A DNA stretch of 64,000 nt, taken from Epiperipatus broadwayi (Eukaryota > Animalia > Onychophora). The translations under genes were made by a program, and so were the position numbers. The notes beneath the pieces were generated by a model. It was not told the DNA's origin. It worked only from the letters and a program-made list of their open reading frames with translations, and ran no database searches. The stretch lies in assembly GCA_028023455.1 (NCBI GenBank), contig JAQFVV010000011.1, positions 4,464,001-4,528,000 on the forward strand, read 5' to 3'. The stretch's first letter is position 1. Every line of letters begins with the position of its first letter. This document shows, in pieces, positions 26,501-38,001 of the stretch.

Positions 26501-26617
26501 CCAAAAAATAATACTCATGAGACAAAGTCTCACAAAAGCAGTAAATCAAATAAGAAAAAGTCATCTCCCATTAGAGCTAAACAAGCAGCTCTAACAGCAT
26601 TTTTCAAAAAGATTTAA
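2535..26617 (+). CDS. POLD3: DNA polymerase delta subunit 3 (p66/Cdc27-like), 3' portion, 9 coding exons; 5' exons lie before the window
   Basis: Exons 2535-2599, 6370-6472, 9083-9247, 10062-10119, 17603-17675, 18119-18153, 18233-18301, 26162-26335 and 26430-26617 join with AG/GT boundaries and consistent phases (2,0,0,1,2,1,1,1). The product has LYIADFD...YSAISC, basic PKKKRKR, FLDEDGFMVTKKVWES (DPIM-like) and the terminal PIP box QAALTAFF. Confidence 0.93.
3418..4102. mobile_element. Penelope-like fold-back: GIY-YIG endonuclease fragment between ~190-bp inverted arms
   Basis: Arms ~3418-3617 and ~3915-4102 are reverse complements. The + spacer reads FYGELPTNISIKLAQHK...DHSLDPHNNKVVLQNHDQKRNFKETWFI, like the C-half of a PLE endonuclease. 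Confidence 0.7.
6370..6472 (+). CDS. POLD3: POLD3 internal exon (KYSAISCPDAVLRSESEINQKDESLHLHSLVTNVK)
   Basis: Polypyrimidine tract + AG, gtaatg donor, phase fits the previous exon. Resembles human FSAIQCAAAVPR. Confidence 0.88.
7216..7533. repeat. Fold-back (~118-bp inverted arms) with degenerate hammerhead-like cores, probably PLE-derived
   Basis: Arms ~7216-7332 and ~7411-7533. The minus strand of the left arm reads CCAG CTGAG GGCTTG TGTGAT CAAGTC GAAA TGTT GG. Confidence 0.7.
9083..9247 (+). CDS. POLD3: POLD3 internal exon (KPSPVKNRITSNAKSGIKDLFAAQ...KNIFE)
   Basis: ttttccag acceptor, gtgagt donor, 165 nt, open in phase 0; overlaps ORF 9044-9256. Confidence 0.85.
10062..10119 (+). CDS. 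POLD3: POLD3 small internal exon (NSCYTSKNKHNHINQEKNK)
   Basis: ttttactag acceptor, G|gtattt donor; phase 0 in and 1 out, as the downstream chain requires. Confidence 0.6.
11895..12015. repeat. 59-bp tandem duplication
   Basis: attaaa(t/c)tgctttatagattattgat(c/a)atctatattgtttataatatcagtttgttttt occurs at 11895 and 11954. Confidence 0.95.
12035..12370 (-). mobile_element. tRNA-derived SINE-like unit with hammerhead-like tail, left inverted copy
   Basis: Reverse complement of ~13712-14056. Contains TAGCTCGGTTGG (A box), GAGTTAGACT (B-box-like) and CACCTGAAGA...AAAACGTG. Confidence 0.7.
12482..13625. mobile_element. Non-autonomous Merlin-like DNA transposon (1144 bp)
   Basis: ~56-bp imperfect TIRs GGT(A/G)CT..TCTT(T/A)TAGCTAAAGATGCC...ATGGCGCGGTTTTC. 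Perfect 8-bp TSD CAAGATTA at 12474-12481 and 13626-13633. Internal ~45-bp repeats at ~13260-13385. GG termini with an 8-bp TSD fit Merlin. Confidence 0.85.
13712..14056 (+). mobile_element. tRNA-derived SINE-like unit (TATA + tRNA-like cloverleaf + hammerhead-like motif), right inverted copy
   Basis: TATAAATA at 13717-13724. tRNA-like sequence from G13753 (GACAGAA TAGCTCAGTTGG...GAGTTTGACT...ATACTGTC; acceptor stem largely paired). CAC CTGAAGA A GAATG..TATTC GAAA CATT GTG at 13868-13910. Confidence 0.72.
15485..15931. mobile_element. MITE-like fold-back with an inverted pair of hammerhead-like cores
   Basis: Terminal inverted TAGAGGGGATTTAAACACAGA(T/C)TTTCAAGCTC and long imperfect arms. The + strand at 15803-15828 reads TTGATGA GTGCTG TTT CAGCAC AAAA. 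A related fragment lies at ~43733-43850. Confidence 0.8.
17603..17675 (+). CDS. POLD3: POLD3 internal exon (EYPSKKEKSNSTKSKHQETNKDRYR); alternative same-phase donor after 17669
   Basis: tattatag acceptor; donors gtaccg (17670) and gtaaga (17676); phase 1 in, phase 2 out. Confidence 0.7.
18119..18153 (+). CDS. POLD3: POLD3 35-nt micro-exon (LIDRSVFSSES)
   Basis: T-run + aatag acceptor, cag|gtataa donor; phase 2 in and 1 out bridges the flanking exons exactly. Confidence 0.65.
18233..18301 (+). CDS. POLD3: POLD3 internal exon (EEEDPLPKKKRKRIQSYSSSSEE; NLS-like)
   Basis: ttcctaatttag acceptor, g|gtattt donor. Resembles p66 KKRRRIKLPESDSSEDE. Confidence 0.88.
20233..20764. repeat. Near-spacerless fold-back element (~250-bp arms, ~25-nt loop)
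   Basis: acaacatttaggaaataaaattatcactgaaaccagatag...aataataattgaaga mirrors tcttcaattattattatt...ctatctgggttcagtgataattttatttcctaaatgtggtgt. Confidence 0.85.
21054..21199 (+). ncRNA. HDV-like (CPEB3-type) self-cleaving ribozyme fold at the 5' end of the RTE element
   Basis: P1 GGCTGCA (21054-60)/TGCAGCT (21148-54) with G-U at the cleavage site. P2 TCCA(C)TCCAT (21125-34)/ATGGATGGG (21191-99). P3 ACG/CAT, L3 TTCTTGT, P1.1 GT, P4 hairpin 21157-85, J4/2 CGAAC with catalytic C21186. Confidence 0.82.
21055..24363 (+). mobile_element. Full-length, inactivated RTE-clade non-LTR retrotransposon in a POLD3 intron
   Basis: APE endonuclease (GTYNCRSL, WDIIGLCEVRR, VMGDFNA, GSDHRLV) and RT (FVDYEKAFDSI, GVRQGDSISPKLF, LDFADDVV, YKYLGQ) broken by stops and frameshifts. 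(TGA)n tail. 12-bp TSD ATATGTGTAGTG at 21043-21054 and 24364-24375. Confidence 0.95.
23309..23459. mobile_element. 151-bp hairpin insertion (PLE-tail-like) interrupting the RTE RT domain
   Basis: 13-bp TSD ATAATGATAGTAG at 23296-23308 and 23460-23472. ~53-bp near-perfect inverted arms with a short loop. Its sequence matches 60376-60480. Confidence 0.88.
26162..26335 (+). CDS. POLD3: POLD3 penultimate exon (...RRRQKKLVAKKFLDEDGFM)
   Basis: tttttag acceptor, g|gtagg donor; contains the first half of the DPIM-like DEDGF motif. Confidence 0.92.
26430..26617 (+). CDS. POLD3: POLD3 last coding exon (VTKKVWESASESE...KQAALTAFFKKI*)
   Basis: tacatttag acceptor; PIP box QxxLxxFF just before TAA at 26615-26617. 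Confidence 0.94.
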
Positions 26618-29600
26618 TAGCTGAAAAGTAAGGTGATCTTTAAATGACTACTTGATGAAAATTAATGAAAGAAAAAAGTTTACTAAGATTTGTATATAAT
26701 AAATTATGGCATATATTTAAAAAATAATTTAAATACTTTCCATTGCGCAGTTTTCTTTATGAATAATGAGTATGTGCATGTTTTGATTCCCAGCGAATGG
26801 TAGAAAGTATACTATCATCATTGATGATCGATAATATATTTGTGTATGTGTTATGATTAGATTGCTATAACTAATGACATAATATATATATAAAAGAATA
26901 TGTGAAATCTTATGTAATGTCATCAGACTAGTTTATGTGACATTATATATGATAAATTATCATTAATTAATTTTAACAAATAAATTTATTACATTTTGCT
27001 TATTCTAAAATCTAATTCCAATTAACGTATCTGAATGAAAAACTAAGAAATAAACAAGTTTTTTTTTTTAAATTTTGGCAGGTATTTATTGACATGCTGA
27101 CCATTAAGACAGTTTTTTTTCTAAGCCATGAATTAAAAGTGAAAGATTTGACTTGTAAATGTTAGATAGTTAGCATGTACGCTTTGTATAAGAAAACTAG
27201 TTATTTATTTACAAAAATAGAAAGAAAAACAATCAGATAAATATTTTTTAGATTTTTTACCTAAATCACTTAAAATGTGCATTATTTGCATATTCACCTT
27301 TTAAAAATGTCTTGCAATTTGGTTTGAATGTGTTGCTGGAAAATCCCATCCCCCCAAAACAAAAAACCCACAAAAATTTATTTTATAAAGCTATTTATTT
27401 TTTTCATGAATCTTTTTGATTCCATTTGTGGAATTCTTTGGAGAGCATCAGACTTTTATTCAAATTAAAAGCCTGACTTAATGTATATATATAAACCTAA
27501 AACATTTTCTCAAATGCTCCATAATTTCATATAACTAATTATTTTCATTAACAGAAAAATAAAAAAATTCATAAGCAAGATAAGGTATATATGGTACCTG
27601 TCATCAGTTACAGAAAGTAGGAATTTTTCTTTGCCTTATAACATCATTACCTTGGAAAGTAGCCTCAAGTCATATATACAAAGATAAGTGGATTAAATAT
27701 TATGTCTTGTTCTTTTTTTGCTTATGCATGTTTGTAGAATCTAAACTGCATAATTATTTGATTCCATGTATTTTGTAGTAATGTGTCATCAGAAATCAAA
27801 TCTCAATAAAAGGGATGGTAATCGAATATTTTGCATATCTATTGGATATCAAGGCTTAGCATTTTCTCATTTATATTTGGAACTTCTTTACTCATTTCAT
27901 AAACACTGTCAAAAGAGATGCATTGCATGATGTGTAATGTCATTTTTATCTAATGAAAAAAAGTATTAACTGTGTAATTTAATGTTTATAAAGCAGATCT
28001 AAAGCCTTTCACTCAAAAACCTATATATATATATATATATAATGATAATGAAAATCTATATCAAATATATATCTAAATTCAAAACATTTTTATCTAACAG
28101 GAACAGACTATTACTAATGCCAGCAAAGTATATAATGTAAAAAATATTTTAAAAATCTTTATTTTCTTTATAACACAAATCCTAATTCTATATATAAAAT
28201 ATATTTTTTTTAAATTCTTTGTGAAATATATGCATTTAAAATCTAAAATGAAATATATATAAAATTATAATTCCTAAAATATAACGTTTTGAAATATTTC
28301 AATATTTGAAAATGAACATAAGCTGGAGAGCCCAAGCTGTTGAAATCTTTCAAGTACGAAATAAAATTTTAAAAAACCTAATTTGGAGTATAAATATTTA
28401 TAACATACAAAATAAAATTAAAAAATGTAAAGTATATTTATCAAAAAATATGGAATCAATAGGCGAAAATATTATATGGATAAAAAAAAATAAAAGGAAT
28501 ATAAAACATAAAATTTGAATGCTTAGAAATTCTTATACATTTCAATAAATTACTGTGTTCCAAAAAAATAATAACTTATTTTATTGCTCATTAATTGAAG
28601 AAAAATTCAGATATCTCATGTTGAACAGATTTACATTATAAAAGCTGGAAATTAAAATTTCAGTGATTTTAATGCCTCTATTAAAAAATATAAGAACTAT
28701 AACTAGAATTATTTTCTTTAGCATGAAAAAATGGACATCTAGATATAAAATTGAAAAGATAAGCCTTTCTCATATTACTAACTATCATCGAGAAATCAAT
28801 AGAAAATGAAAAATATGCATTTAATTTAGGGAAAGAACTTTAAAAATATTAATAAATGTATATTTATTTATAATTACAAAATTATCATTCAAAATCACAT
28901 TGCAGAACACTTTCTACATCTTTATATTTTTGTCAGCATTGTCTATTTCATAATAGTGTAAATTAAAATAAATCATTTATTTATATTATTTGTCTATTTG
29001 TAAATAAATTATTCATTCACTTATTAAAAAATCAGAATACAATTAATTTTTTTTAAAGTTTAGTATATGCAAAGCTTTATTAGTTATTGCATAATTGGCC
29101 TTCATAAATTTTTCTGATCTATCATCTAAAATAGTTCTCTTTAATGTTCTTGTATTGTATTAAATTTCTAAAATGTTTTTATATAATCTTTCAGTGTACT
29201 TCTGACAGTACTTTACTCATTTCCCTTATTTTATAGTTTTAACTATTTAACTTTTTTTTTTTCAGAGCTGTTGAATATCTTCTTTCAATTTATATACCTT
29301 TGTAATTATTCGTTTACTCTTTTATGTTCATATAATTGTCATTATTATATTATAATTGCATTATATACTTAAAATATTGTGAATACAACCTTAATTTATG
29401 AAAATTTGAAGATATTTCACAATTCTGAAGAAGACTACTAAATAGTTGAAATTATAAACTAGAGAAATTGAATAAAGTTTTGTAAGACATATATAGAAGG
29501 AATATATTTTTTTGGAAATTTAATTAACATATAATTGGATTACTGTAAATAATTTAAAGATATCATAATATAGCAAAATTTATACGACTTTTTTTTTTAT

Positions 29601-30189
29601 AGCAAAAATATTTCATGAATTTTGATGTATTATATATAATGTTTTGAATAAAATAAAGTCGTTGATTCAAATGAGCTTTTAAAAAAGTTTATTTGAATAC
29701 TCTGATAATCAATCTATCAACTAGTGTATTAGAAATTTTTATATTCTTTTTGCTAACATTATGATTAGTGTTTATAAAATAAACAGTATTCTTAGTATTA
29801 TAAAGAAAATTTGCTACTTAAGAAAACACTCCTTTCTGATACTTTTATTTATATTGCGCACACAGAAATCCTTATTCTTGATCGTTATCAGATTCAAAAT
29901 TTTATTGATTTTTAAAAATTAATCAAATATGTAGTTTTAATTATAGCTGTAAAATAGAATAATCAAAAAATTTTTATTTTTATCACCTAAAAAAGTATTT
30001 TGCTTTTTTCATCAAAATAAGCTGTTTCATATATTTCATTCTCAAAAGTTTATCAATTTTTGTTCTATGATAAGGTACATCTTCAAGAATTAGGTTAAAT
30101 CAGATGACAGTTTAATTGGCAGATGTATTATGAATTTTTTATTTTGTGTTTATCATCATTATCACTATTTTTATCAGCATTTAATTAGT

Positions 30190-31480
30190 ACTTGATCATC
30201 AAGTCATCTTTTCATAAAAATTTTATATTGAAACAAGAATCTACAATCAAAAAATTTATGATATAAAAAAATGGCATTTTTGTGCTTCAAACAAATTTCT
30301 TTTTCAAATCCACAATAAAGCCAGCTGGATTTGATCTTCCTAAATGTTTCTAGTCTCTTCAATAGATTCAGGACAACCCATGCTGTTATCCTCATTTGCT
30401 TCATAAATAAAATTTATCAATTATGGATCTATGTAAATCTGACCAAACACTAAATATGAACACATAGTTAATGACTCAAATCTATGGATACAGTGGCAGA
30501 ATTGAAGAACTTAATAGAGCCATTTGAAGTTAGGAGATATAAAAAGTTCTGAAGAAAATTGCTGGGGCAATCGAAATTGTACAAGAGAGTGGTAAATAAA
30601 ACGTGTAACAGTAATAAAATGCATGGATGATTTAGTATTATAAGATATGATTTTATTTTCTGATTGGAATCTATTGCTTCAAGAAAATCCATATGCTAAA
30701 TAAATTATATGATTTCTAAAAATTTCTGACTTATATTAGATGTTATATTCAATTCTTCATATAATCTGGATAAAATAATAGATCTAAAGTTAACAATCAT
30801 ATCCTGATTCTTGAACCCATTTTAATGATGTATGTAGAGGAAAGCAATCTCTTTTACATTTGGATTAAAATCATCTAGATAAGGAAGATGACCAAGAGCA
30901 GATCCAAAATAAGCGATATTTTGAAGAGAATATTACTATCTTTGCAAAATGTTTCTATTTCAAAAATATAGTCTATGAACCCAGTTTTCAGATATTACTG
31001 AAGATATTTATGATTTCCTTTTTGATTTATCTTGCTGATGTTTTTCAATACTTTGGACATTTTGGGCAATGATGGCAAAAGTTTCAGTTAACAAGTTCCA
31101 AATATATTTCTGCAAGAGAGCTACTTTGTTTTTTAATATTTTAAATCCAAGCTGTTTTTCTGTATTAAAAATTTGATTACACAAATTCAGTTTTTCTGCA
31201 GTAATTTTTTGTGGCCATTCCATAAATGTTAGGTTGTTTAGCACCTCCATTAACAGTTTCTCCAGACACTAACCTTATGAGAATCTGAATGTTGTTTAAA
31301 CTGTGTAAACCGTGCACTGATTATAACAAAGGCCTATATTCTTTCAATGCATTTTATGTTTAGGTCATTAGATAATTTTCTTGTTTTTGCTTGTATCTGA
31401 GCTGTCATTCAATTCATTAATAGTTTTTTCTCTCTCAGTACACTTTCATGCTAGTTTGTTATCAGTTTCATTATTGCTGA
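30190..31480 (-). mobile_element. Degenerate Tigger/pogo (DDE_1) transposase relic; boundaries approximate
   Basis: Minus-strand fragments VSGETVN, QIFNTE, KQLGFKILKNKVALL and ILD(S)ALGHLPYLDDFNPNVK resemble the Tigger motifs SGE.ASAD, QIFN.DET, GFK..KDRLTLL and LILDNAPGHP. Confidence 0.72.
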
Positions 31481-33039
31481 TCCAGTAATGTGCTTTTATA
31501 ATAAGCGAGGAACATCTTTAATGCTAATCTTCAGTTATCACAAAATTAAATTTCCTTTCACTTTTCTTGTAATCTTTTTCCATCTTTATTTATCATTTTT
31601 ATTCATTTCTAAATTAATGACTGTTTACAAGATGGTTTACTTTGATCTTCATATACATGTTATACAATTAACGACAGTGCACTAGATCCATATATCGCTC
31701 TATATAGTGCTACAGTTGATAAATAATTTAACATCAAGTTGTTAGATAAAATAAAAATAATATAGTAATTCAACCAAAGATGGTACTAGTCAGTTAGGTG
31801 TACTGTGGCCGCTAGGCAACGCAGTAGTACCATCAAGAACCCCCAAGAAACTTGCAAGTGATAAATTTTTATCCAAAAATCGCTGAAATCGAAAAAATTA
31901 AAACGCTTAAGGCAAAATAAATTGAACAAATCCTTCTAAAATACAAATCAAAAATCGAAGAAAACGCTATAAAATTCGAATTACAAAAACAGAAATCAGT
32001 GAAAATATGTCAAACGCACCCACCCATGAAAAATTCTATCCAAAAATTGAACAAATCCTTCTAAAATATAAATCGAAGAAAACACTATAAAATTTGAATA
32101 TACTAAATCTCAAAAAAAATAACAAAACTTCATTAATGGCAGAAATGTAGTACATTTAAAAAAAAAATTTCCTCTGATTTTCAGCACTATTACGTGGAGT
32201 GTAATAATTAACAAACCTTAATAACAGATTAAGTAATTAAATAGAGATAACGAGCTCATAGCCATTTAAAAAATAGAAGTAGCTATAACTTACAAAAACA
32301 GAATTTGGTCTAATATATACCCTGCCTTCCCAATCAAAAATAAGTACTTTTCAAAAATATACTAAATTTCATCAATATTTAAAAAAATAAGACTTTCAAC
32401 ATTTGAAAATAACCTATGCGATCAGATTTCAAAGCAGCGATTTATATAAGCTAAAAAGCAATAAACATTAAACTGGAGAGCTATTTGTCTTTCCTAAAAA
32501 TTTATCAAATTAATTAATCTCTGCTTTGAAATTATGGCATATCATTTAAATATTATAAGTTTTTAAAATAGATTTATAGAGATCTGCGGTAAAAAAATAT
32601 TAGCAATTTTCTTCCAGGCTGAGTTGTCCGGCATTTGTAGTAGGCACTTGATATTTGCAGCATAAAAATTCATTAAAAAGAACATTATTTTGAGGCTTAT
32701 TGGAGCACAATTATTTAGAGAACAGATTGCAGCACACTTAACTAATAACAGCAGATTAAAGAAGGTAGTTCAACGCCAAATGGTGGTTTAAAAAATACAA
32801 CAAAGATGGCCGAAATAAACAGCAGGCTTTAACAAACAATTATTTAAAGAAGGTTGTTTTTGCAAAAAATAGGCAAAAGAAAGTTCAAATTTTTAGACTA
32901 TCGGTGCAAAATTGTTTAGAGAAACATTCAAATTTTGAGCCTTATTGGAGCAAAATTATTTAGAGAAGCCTTTTTTCAAACAGATTGCAGCACTTATTAG
33001 CAGATTTAAAAAATAATTTAACATAAGACATGGACAGAT

Positions 33040-34005
33040 TACACCAATTTAGAAATTGTAAAATTTATACTGATGGTATAGTAATGGCTTGTAATATAGC
33101 ATCGAATATATCTTCATCATGGTGCAGTTGTCGCCACATGAATTCAATTAAGTATGCTCCAGGTGATGTCAAGTGATTCCCCTCTCTTTTATTGCGTTAT
33201 TTTAATAGCCCCCAAAGTCTTTATGTTTTGCATATGCTCCCCAGTAGAAGGATCAACAAAATTATACGTGTGATTGATTTTGAAATGTTGGTAATTTGCA
33301 GCATTCAATTTATCCCTTTTGAAGGCCTTCCAACAGTCAGAATATATGGAGGATCCTGATGCTATATGTTGTTTAATGGCATCTAGGAGAACAGACTGAT
33401 GACCTAGTGACAATGAAACACTTGTTTCTCTACATAAACCACCAAATAACCACTGTTGTGGAAGAATTCTTCCCTGTTGATTTTTGCATTTAGTGACTAA
33501 GAGTTTTGTCGACCTCTACAATTTTTCCTGGGCCTCCAATTTTGCAGGTGGGCAAGATAGCAGACTTTCTTTACAGGCTTCTCTCAAATATTGCTTCCAT
33601 GCAATGACAGTATTTTTATCCAAATCATTTATTCCTGATTGTATGGTCAATTGGTTTTTACTCCAATAATAAATGATTCGGATGGCTGTGACAAATGACA
33701 ATCTGCAACCGATGTTGTACTTCCATTGTGCCCTTGGACTCATGTAAAGGGTTATTTGATGGCCATTGACATGCACTTTTTGAGAGAGCAGAACTTACTT
33801 TGGAAGAACTCCACTGCCTCATGTTCCATCTTTGGGATATCCCAAATTTTTATCATTTTGAGTAAGAAAAGATTACCGAAAAGATGTTACTTAAATTTCA
33901 ATGTGGGTTTTTGAAATGTTGTTTGAAAGTTTGTGCATGCTTAATATTGTATTCATCTGTGTAAAAAAAAATCCATATTAACCCCGTCAAAAAATAAAAA
34001 TCCCG
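33040..34005 (-). pseudogene. Merlin transposase copy 1 (the only copy with the native C-terminus EFMWRQLHHDEDIFDAILQAITIPSV*)
   Basis: ORF fragments 33189-33413 and 33516-33776; frameshifted. Confidence 0.88.
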
Positions 34006-34905
34006 TCGCCACATGAATTCGACTAAGTATGACTCCAGGTGACATCGAGTGGTTCCCCTCTTTTATTGCGCTATTTTAATAGCCCCCAAAGTCTTTCTAG
34101 GTTTTGCATATGCGCCCCAGTCGAAAGATCGACAAAATTATATGTGTGATTGACTTGGAAATGTTGGTAACCTGCAGCATTCAATTCATAACTTTTGTAG
34201 ACCTTCCAACAGTCAGAATATATGGAGGATCCTGGTGCTATATGTTGTTTAATGGCATCTAGGAGAACAGATGTTCGACCTAGAATAGCGACAATGAAAC
34301 ACTTTCGTTTCTCTACATAAACCACCAAATAACTACTGTTGTGGAAGAATTCTTCTGTTTGTTTTTGCATTTAGTGACTAGAGTTTTGTCGACCTCTACA
34401 ATTTTTTCCTGGGCCACCAATTTTGCAAATTGGGCAAGATAGCAGTCTTTCTTTACAGGCTTCTCTCAAATTCAAATATTGCTTCCATGTAACGACAGTA
34501 TTCCTATCAAAATCATTTATTCCTGATTATATGGTCAATTTGTTTTTGCTCCAATAATAAATGATTCAGATGGCTGTGACAAATGACAATCTGCAACCAA
34601 TGTTGTACTTCCACTGTGTCCTTGGACTCACATAAAGGGTCATTTGATGGCCATTGATGCACACTTTTTGAGAGATCAGAACACTTTTTTACTTTGAAAG
34701 AACGCCAGTGCTTCATGTTCCATCTTTGGGATATCCCAAATTTTTATCATTTTAAGTAAGAAAAGATTACCGAAAAAATGCTACCTAAATTTCATTGCGG
34801 GTTTTTGAAATATTGCCTGAAATTTTGTGCATGCTTAATATTGTATTCATCTGCATAAAAAAAAAAAATTCATATTAACCCCGTCAAAAAATAAAAATAA
34901 TCTCG
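34006..34905 (-). pseudogene. Merlin transposase copy 2 (900-bp unit)
   Basis: ORF 34071-34370 (KRKCFIVAILGRTSVLLDAIKQHIAPGSSIYSDCWK...LERLWGLLK). Confidence 0.88.
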
Positions 34906-35787
34906 TCACCACATGAATTCGACTAAGTATGACTCCAGGTGGCATCGAGTGATTCCCCTCTTTCTTTTATCGTGCTATTTTAATAGCCTCCAGAGTCTTT
35001 CTATGTTTTGCATATGCGCCCCAGTAGAAGGAAACTACAAAATTATATGTGTGATTGACTTTGAAATGTTGATAACCTGCAGCATTCAATTCATCACTTT
35101 TGTAGGCTTTCCAACAGTCAGAATATATGGAGGATCCTGGTGCTATATGTTGTTTAATGGCATCTAGGGAAATAGACGCTGTTCGACCTAGATTAGTGAC
35201 AGTGGAACACTCGTTTTTCTACATAAACCACCAAATATCCACTTGTGGAAGAATTCTTCCCTGTTAGATTTTGCATTTAGTGACTAGAATTCTGTCGACC
35301 TCTACAATTTTTCCTGGGCCTCCAATTTTGCAGGTTGGGCAGGATAGTAGAGGCTTCTCTCAAATATTGCTTACATGCAATGACAGTATTCCTATTCAAA
35401 TCATTTATTCCCGATTGTATGGTCAATTGGTTTTTATTCCAATAATAAATTATTCAGATGGCTGTGACAAATGATAATCTGCAACCAATGTTGTATTTCC
35501 ATTGTGCCCTTGGACTCGCTTAAAGGATCATTTGATGGCCATTGATGCACACTTTTTGAGAGAGCAAGATACTTTTTTACTTTGGAAGAACTCCATTGCC
35601 TCATGTTCCGTCTTTGGGATATCCCAAATTTTTGTCATTTTAAGTAAGAAAAGATTACCGAAAAGATGCTACCTAAATTTCAATGCAGGTTTTTGAAATG
35701 TTGCCTGAAAGTTTATGCATGCTTAATATTGTATTCATCTGCGTAAAAAAAAAAAATCCTTATTAACCCCGTCAAAAAATAATCTCG
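34906..35787 (-). pseudogene. Merlin transposase copy 3 (882-bp unit)
   Basis: Same unit, bounded by tc(g/a)ccacatgaatt and tattaaccccgtcaaaaaataa. Confidence 0.88.
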
Positions 35788-36713
35788 TCGCCACATGAAT
35801 TTGACTAAGTATGACTCCAGGTGATGTTGAGTGGTTCCCCTCTCTCTTTTATTGCGCTATTTTAATAGCCCCCAGAATCTTTCTATGTTTTGCATGTGCG
35901 CCCCAGTAGAAGGAACAACAAAATTATATGTAATTGATTTTGAAATGTTAGTAACCTGCAGCATTCAATTTATCACTTTTGTAGGCCTTCCAAGAGTCAG
36001 AATATATGGCGGATCCTGGTGCTATATATTGTTTAATGGCATCTAGGAGAATAGACGTTGTTCGACCTAGAATAGCAATAATGAAACACTTTCGTTTCTC
36101 TACATAAACCACCAAATAATTACTTTTGTGGAAGAATTCTTGTTTGTTTTTGCATTTAGTGACTAGAGTTTTGTCGACCTCTACAATTTTTTCCTGGGCT
36201 CCCAATTTTGCAGGATGGGCAAGATAGCAGACTTTCTTTACAGGCTTCTCAAATATTGTTTCCATGCAATGACAGTGTTCCTATCCAAATCATTTATTCC
36301 AGATTGTATGGTCAATTGATTTTTACTCCAATAATAAATGATTTGGATGGCTGTGACAAATGACAATCTGCAGCCCTCAAACCAGGTTCCTTTCCGAAGT
36401 GCTATGCAACTTTGACCTGCACCAATGTTATACTTCTATTGTGCCCTTGGACCCACGTAAAGGGTCATTTGATGGCCATTGACACAAACTTTTTGAGAGG
36501 GCAGAACATTTTTACTTTGGAAGAACTTCACTGCTTATGTTCTGTCTTTGGGATATCCCAAATTTTTATCATTTTGAGTAAGAAAAGATTACCGAAAAGA
36601 TGCTACCTAAATTTCAGCGCGGGTTTTTGAAACGTTACCTGAAAGTTTTGCATGTTTAATATTGTATTTTTCTGCGGGGAAAAAAATCCATATTAACCCT
36701 GTCAAAAAATAAT
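35788..36713 (-). pseudogene. Merlin transposase copy 4 (keeps 49 bp missing from copies 1-3)
   Basis: ORF 35948-36265. The extra segment 36373-36421 encodes part of ...IALRKGTWFEGCRL. Confidence 0.88.
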
Positions 36714-38001
36714 TTCAACAACTTCTATTTCTAGCAGTACAAAATAATTAATACGTCGTAACAAAATCAAGCAGGTATTTCAAAAGACTAGTTCAGTTAC
36801 ATTTTGATTAAATTTGTCAGCTCAAGAAATTATTTTTTTCATGTGAAAGTTCTATTACATCTCATTTCATTTTGAAAGTACAAACTTTGATGTGTAATAT
36901 AGTACTTTCTCTTTTTAAATCTTTAATTAGTATATGTGTATGGATTTAATTTAGTATTTTCTTAAGAATCTCATATAACATACATATATAATGAAATGTT
37001 TACGCAACTATTTACCATTTTCTACTTTTTTATGTATGTTAAATGTTAATTTTAAAAATAATTTTGCTTATAGTGAAAGTAAATGTGATCTACGCGGCGC
37101 CATTTTCTATTCACTTGGGGATTGCCTTTGTTTTACTAAGATAAAAGATCTAAGCTAAGAAATTTAACAATAGAAAGCTAAATTTTATAATTTTAAAGAG
37201 TTGTAACAGCTAATGGATTTTTATGCTGCAAATAACCTTTTTGCGAAACTACTTTCTTTAAATAATTGTTTGCTAAAGCTTGCTGTTAATTTCTGCCGTC
37301 TTTGTTGTATTTTTTAAACCACCTTTGAACTACCTTCTTTAATCTGCTGTTATTAGTTAAGGGTGTTGCAATCTGTTTGAAAAAAGGCTTCTCTAAATAA
37401 TTTTGCTCCAATAAGCCTCAAAATTTGAATGTTTCTCTAAATAATTTTGCACTGAAATACTTTTTTATTGCGGAACTACCTTCTTTAAATAATTGTTTGC
37501 AAAAGCCTGCTGTTAATTTCTGCCATCTTTGTTGTATTTTTTAAACCATCAAATAACCATCTTTGAACTACCTTCCTTAATCTGCTGTTATTAATTAAGT
37601 GTACTGCAATCTGTTTGAAAAAAGGCTTCTCTAAATAATTTTGCTCCAATAAGCCTCAAAATTTGAATGTTTCTTTAAATAATTTTGCATCAAAAGGCTA
37701 AAAATTTGATCCTTCTTTTTGCCTATTTTTTGCGGAACTACCTTTAAATAATTGTTTGCTAAAGGCTGCTGTTAATTTCTGCCATCTTTATTGTATTTTT
37801 TAAACCACTAAATAACCACCGTTGAACTACTTCTTTAATCTGCTGTTATTAGTTAAGTGTGCTGCAATCTTTTCTCTAAATAATTGTGCTCCAATAAGTC
37901 TCAAAATGTTCTTTTTGATGGTTTTTTTTTTGCTGCAAACATCAAGTGCCTACTACAAATGCGGGACAACTCAGTCTGGAAGAAAATTGGTAATATTTTT
38001 T

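Noticed and set aside
27590-27950. Possible minus-strand exons downstream of POLD3
   Set aside because: Short open stretches without matched acceptor/donor pairs or a recognisable product.
33131-36713. Regularly spaced repeats as a CRISPR-like array
   Set aside because: Units are ~900 bp of transposase with no short repeat/unique spacer pattern, in a eukaryotic context.
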